Source of the DNA: Perna viridis
Lineage: Eukaryota
Direction of reading: 5' to 3'
DNA: 64,000 nt
NCBI GenBank assembly: GCA_037379345.1
Contig: CM074519.1
Location: forward strand, 39,086,103 to 39,150,102
Shown here piece by piece: positions 62,943 through 64,000 of the stretch. Each line of letters begins with the position of its first letter. The stretch's first letter is position 1. The notes under the pieces are model-generated. The model was given only the letters and a program-made list of their open reading frames with translations, was not told where the DNA came from and made no database searches. Made by a program: the position numbers and the translations under genes.

Positions 62943-63707
62943 AAACAAGAGGCTCCCAGGAGCCTGTCTTTCAAGGGCAATATATTTAAAAAGAAATTGT
63001 CCAACAATTCTTCACCAAGAAGACTTTGGTAGCACTTTTCATAAGGATCATTTCAATTATGAATGTTTCTTTATATCTATTATAATTTGCAAGATATTGG
63101 CTGAAAACTATGAACAAAAAAACCGTCATTTTTTTTACTTTCAAGGGCAATAATAAGGAGTCGAGTCATTTGACAACTTTTATGCCTGAAGACTTTTGTA
63201 GTCCTAAAAATATGGATCATTTCTATGCAGGATACCCCAAGGAACTTTCATACCACGTTTTGGTTGAATTATTAAAGTAGTGTCAGAGGAGAAGATTTTT
63301 GAAAGAAATAATATAAAAAATAGCAAAAACCATTGGAAAAGGGTAATAACTCCAACATGGCTTAATGGATTAAAATGAAAATTTAACCGCAGATAGATCT
63401 CATCATGGTAAACGCTTTTGTCTATGCCAGAATTAGCTAAACCTAATGGTTTTGGAGATATATGCAAAAAAACTATTGTCTGACCCCTATGTTCTATTTA
63501 TAGTAACAGCGGCCATGTTTTCTGACAGATCAAAAATCCCCACATCAGTTCTTTGCACGATACCCAAAGGAACATTCATTGTAAGTTTGGTTCCAATATT
63601 CAAGTATTTTCAGAGAAGAAGAGTTTAGAAAAAATGTTAACGACGACGGACGACGGACGCTAAGTGATAAGATAGCTGAAGTGGCCTTCGGCGAGGTGAG
63701 CTAAAAA
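62943..63707. mobile_element. Non-autonomous Helentron/HINE-like repeat typical of bivalves
   Basis: Starts AAACAAGAGGCTCCCAGGAGCCT (short hairpin) and has internal degenerate tandem units and a (GAC/GACG)n microsatellite. Ends GGCCTTCGGCGAGGTGAGCTAAAA within A runs. Confidence 0.65.
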
Positions 63708-64000
63708 AATCCCCAAAAAACAACAACAACAAATTACCGAACACTTACCGAATCAATAATTAAGTACAAAATAAATCTGACAAAATATATATTTCATGTA
63801 GCTAGTTCCACAATAGTCCTGACTTTGTACAGGCATTTCAAGCGGAAAAGTGGGTCAAATCTAAGTTTAACAGCGCGCTAAACCCCCTCCATAACAGTGA
63901 TTATATAGCATTTGCATGCTATAGAGCTATAATCAGTGGTTATATCAGTAGAAAGAAAATTTACGACAGGCAATTGTATCTTATTGGTTTAAAAAAAAAC

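Overview
AT-rich, intron-containing animal DNA with four short N gaps. The repeat families suggest a bivalve mollusc (inference). The window is dominated by a tandem, + strand cluster of five-exon TIMP (tissue inhibitor of metalloproteinases / NTR-fold) genes, rebuilt here by hand from splice sites; all share intron phases 1,0,1,0. Two are canonical 'type A' TIMPs with the Cys-Ser-Cys N-terminus: A1 4143-7049, which has a 1-nt frame problem in exon 3, and A2 15081-20102. Six are a divergent 'type B' family. Four of these are intact (B1 21269-25670, B2 28428-31646, B5 48739-53939, B6 57622-62197), two are pseudogenes (33515-37762, 44310-47200), and two further single-exon relics lie between A1 and A2. 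Type B proteins have lost both cysteines of the Cys3-Cys~100 disulfide. They carry a Pro-rich, collagen-like (P)GPP insertion at the inhibitory N-terminus, are strongly cationic and share an upstream CAGCTG element. They look like a repurposed, expanding TIMP subfamily, and this is the main candidate novel system. At the left end, the first coding exon of a divergently transcribed secreted protein (possibly selenoprotein M) lies on the - strand. Introns and spacers hold many repeats: Penelope-like retroelement fragments (one with a GIY-YIG remnant and a hammerhead ribozyme), a decayed CR1/L2-type LINE whose 2A-like NPGP motif is split by a MITE, SINEs, a tRNA-carrying inverted-repeat element, other MITEs and a 51/65-bp minisatellite.
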